Assembly (NCBI GenBank): GCA_036679085.1
Contig: JAZIGM010000005.1
Location: 204,098-268,097 of the forward strand
From: Chloroflexota bacterium
GTDB lineage: Bacteria > Chloroflexota > Anaerolineae > Aggregatilineales > UBA3940
Length of the DNA stretch: 64,000 bases
Direction of reading: 5' to 3'
Shown: one piece after another, positions 62,239 to 64,000 of the stretch
Numbering within the stretch: the stretch's first letter is position 1
Layout: each line of letters starts with the position of its first letter
The notes under the pieces: generated by a model
The model's input: only the letters and a program-made list of their open reading frames with translations
Databases searched by the model: none
What the model was told of the DNA's origin: nothing
Made by a program: the position numbers and the translations under genes

Positions 62239-63849
62239 ATGGGACAGGCGACGACAACTGCGACAGACTCACCACGCGAGGCAGATCCGGGCCGCGCCGG
62301 GCGGGTCGCCCGCTCGACTCTCATCGTCATGGGCGGCACAGTCGCCTCGATGGTAGTCGGGCTTATCCGGCAGCGCATCATCGCGATCCAGTTTGGCACG
62401 AGCAACGAGTTTGACGCCTTCACCGCCGCGAACAGCATCCCGGAACTGCTGTTCACCATGATGGCGGGCGGTGCGCTCGCCTTCGCCTTCATCCCGGTCT
62501 ACACCGAACTCCTGCAAAAGGACGACCGTCCGGGCAGTGACCGCCTGCTCAGCCAGGTGATCAACCTGATCTTCATACTCGTCGCCGCCGCCTCGCTGCT
62601 GGTCGCACTCGCCGCGCCGACGCTTGTGCGTGCGCCCTGGGGCATCGGGCCGAACTTCCCGTTCGAGGTCCAGGCGCTGACCATCCAGTTGATGCGCGTG
62701 CTGTTGCTCTCGACCATCATCTTCTCGGTGAGCAGCATCGTCACCGGGGCGCTGCACGCCCGCCAGCACTTCCTGCTGCCCGCGATCACGCCGGTGATGT
62801 ACAGCCTGGGTATCATCCTGGGGACAATCTTCCTCGCGCCGCGCATCGGCGTGTTCGGGCTGGCCTGGGGTGCGGTGCTCGGCGCGGGGCTGCACCTGCT
62901 CGTGCAGATCCCCGGCCTGATCTACTACCGTGTGCGCTGGTACCCGACGCTTAACTTCAACAACCCGGCGCTGCGCCGCGTCGCCATCCTGATGGCGCCC
63001 CGCATTGTGGACCTGCTAATGGCGCGCGCCAGCATCGACTGGATCAACGCAAACCTCGGTTCCGGGCTGGGCGAGGGGCGCGTGTCGGCCCTGCGCTACG
63101 CCTACCAGTTGATGAACATGCCGTGGACGCTCATAGGCACGGCCATCGGCATTGCGGTCTTCCCGACGATGGCGGCGCTCGCGGCCAACCGCGATGTAGA
63201 CGCGCAGCGCCGCGCGTTGAGCGGGTCGCTGCGGGCGATCCTCACGCTGACGCTGCCCGCCGCCGCCGGCCTGCTGGTGCTGGGCCGCCCGATAATCCAG
63301 CTACTGTATGAGGGCGGCGAGTTCACGGCAGACAGCACGATGCTGGTGTACTATGCCCTTCAGTTCTACGCGATCACGCTGATCAGCCAGTCGATGCTGG
63401 AGGTCGTCGTCCGCGCGTTCGCCGCACAGCAGGACACGCTGACGCCGCTGATCGTCTCATTCTTCACGACGCTGCTCAACGTCGGCCTTGCCATCTGGCT
63501 GGCGCAGCCGCAGCGGCTGGCTCACGGCGGGCTCGCCCTGGCGAACGGCATCGCGGTCGGTGTGGAATCGCTCGTCGGGCTGACCATCCTGCACATCCGC
63601 TGGCGCGGTGTAGACGCGCGGCGCATCCTGCTTGACACCGGGAAGGCGGCTGTGTCAGCTCTTGTGATGATGGCCGCCGTCGTCGGCTTCCTGCGCGTGC
63701 TGGAGCCCGGCGCGCTGGTTGCCATTGCAGGCGGCGGAGTGATCGGCGTGGGTGTGTACTTTGCCCTGGCGCTGCTGCTCGGCATCGAGGAAGTCCGCAC
63801 CATCCCGGCGGCAGTACTGGGCCGCTTCACCGCGAGGCGGGCCGCATGA
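62239..63849 (+). CDS. murJ: Lipid II flippase MurJ (MviN family)
   Basis: About 14 TM helices with an MviN-like N-terminus (VASMVVGLIRQRIIAIQFGTSNEFDAFTAANSIPELLF). GAGGGG RBS. Confidence 0.9.
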   Translation: MGQATTTATDSPREADPGRAGRVARSTLIVMGGTVASMVVGLIRQRIIAIQFGTSNEFDAFTAANSIPELLFTMMAGGALAFAFIPVYTELLQKDDRPGSDRLLSQVINLIFILVAAASLLVALAAPTLVRAPWGIGPNFPFEVQALTIQLMRVLLLSTIIFSVSSIVTGALHARQHFLLPAITPVMYSLGIILGTIFLAPRIGVFGLAWGAVLGAGLHLLVQIPGLIYYRVRWYPTLNFNNPALRRVAILMAPRIVDLLMARASIDWINANLGSGLGEGRVSALRYAYQLMNMPWTLIGTAIGIAVFPTMAALAANRDVDAQRRALSGSLRAILTLTLPAAAGLLVLGRPIIQLLYEGGEFTADSTMLVYYALQFYAITLISQSMLEVVVRAFAAQQDTLTPLIVSFFTTLLNVGLAIWLAQPQRLAHGGLALANGIAVGVESLVGLTILHIRWRGVDARRILLDTGKAAVSALVMMAAVVGFLRVLEPGALVAIAGGGVIGVGVYFALALLLGIEEVRTIPAAVLGRFTARRAA

Positions 63850-64000
63850 GCGAGGAACTTGTTCGCCTGTTCGACGCGCTGGAACGCGCCTACTCCGGGG
63901 AGGCGCGCGGCGGCGTGCGCTCGGCGCTCGTCGTTGCCGCGCCGGAAACGGCGCTCATGGTGAGCCGCCTGCTTGAGCTGTTCGGCGAGGCGGTGGTCAC
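63846..64000 (+). CDS. Hypothetical protein, 5' fragment (runs off window)
   Basis: ATGA overlap with the murJ stop. My translation is MSEELVRLFDALERAYSGEARGGVRSALVVAAPETALMVSRLLELFGEAV... Not in the ORF track because there is no stop in the window. Confidence 0.45.
   Translation, partial: MSEELVRLFDALERAYSGEARGGVRSALVVAAPETALMVSRLLELFGEAVV

Overview
The window is a gene-dense, visibly GC-rich bacterial chromosomal segment (GC not computed). I call about 64 protein genes and 2 tRNAs. I saw no rRNA, CRISPR array, integrase, transposase, phage gene or recognisable defence gene. Gene content and protein styles suggest a Chloroflexota-like organism, but this is a low-confidence inference.

Most of the content is core housekeeping:
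- a partner-switching pair (RsbW-like kinase plus STAS)
- a translationally coupled operon of two S41 C-terminal processing proteases, smpB and an unknown gene
- a caa3-type cytochrome oxidase operon (ctaC-ctaD, a small 2-TM ORF, ctaE, ctaF)
- ygfZ with a DUF1786 gene
- tRNA-Arg(TCT), efp, an exonuclease-DinG helicase, and tRNA-Leu(TAG) followed by tig-clpP-clpX
- nnr, trmH-like, a stand-alone EF-G paralog, a tryptophanase-family lyase and murJ

Two-component genes and many membrane or unknown proteins are interspersed. Intergenic regions carry strikingly canonical sigma70-type promoters (TTGACA-like -35 boxes, and TATAAT, TAGAAT or TGnTATAAT -10 boxes) and clean hairpin terminators.

I found no obviously novel multi-gene system such as a defence island or mobile element. 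The loci most worth a second look are listed below; all functional proposals for them are inference from sequence reading only.
1. An EF-P with an arginine at the loop tip in a Lys-type context (KPGRGKA), flanked by uncharacterised genes.
2. An in-frame receiver-DUF192 fusion overlapping a LysM/M23 peptidase gene.
3. A tandem pair of membrane-anchored C39-like peptidase-TPR paralogs next to murJ.
4. A DapA-like, YbdK-ligase, DM13 and methyltransferase operon with a long structured leader.
5. A divergent FHA / double-HTH / TPR locus with a palindromic operator candidate.
6. A flippase-like, PHP and PrsW operon divergent from a GAF histidine kinase and OmpR-type regulator.

The many long antisense ORFs in the track are treated as GC-driven artefacts.
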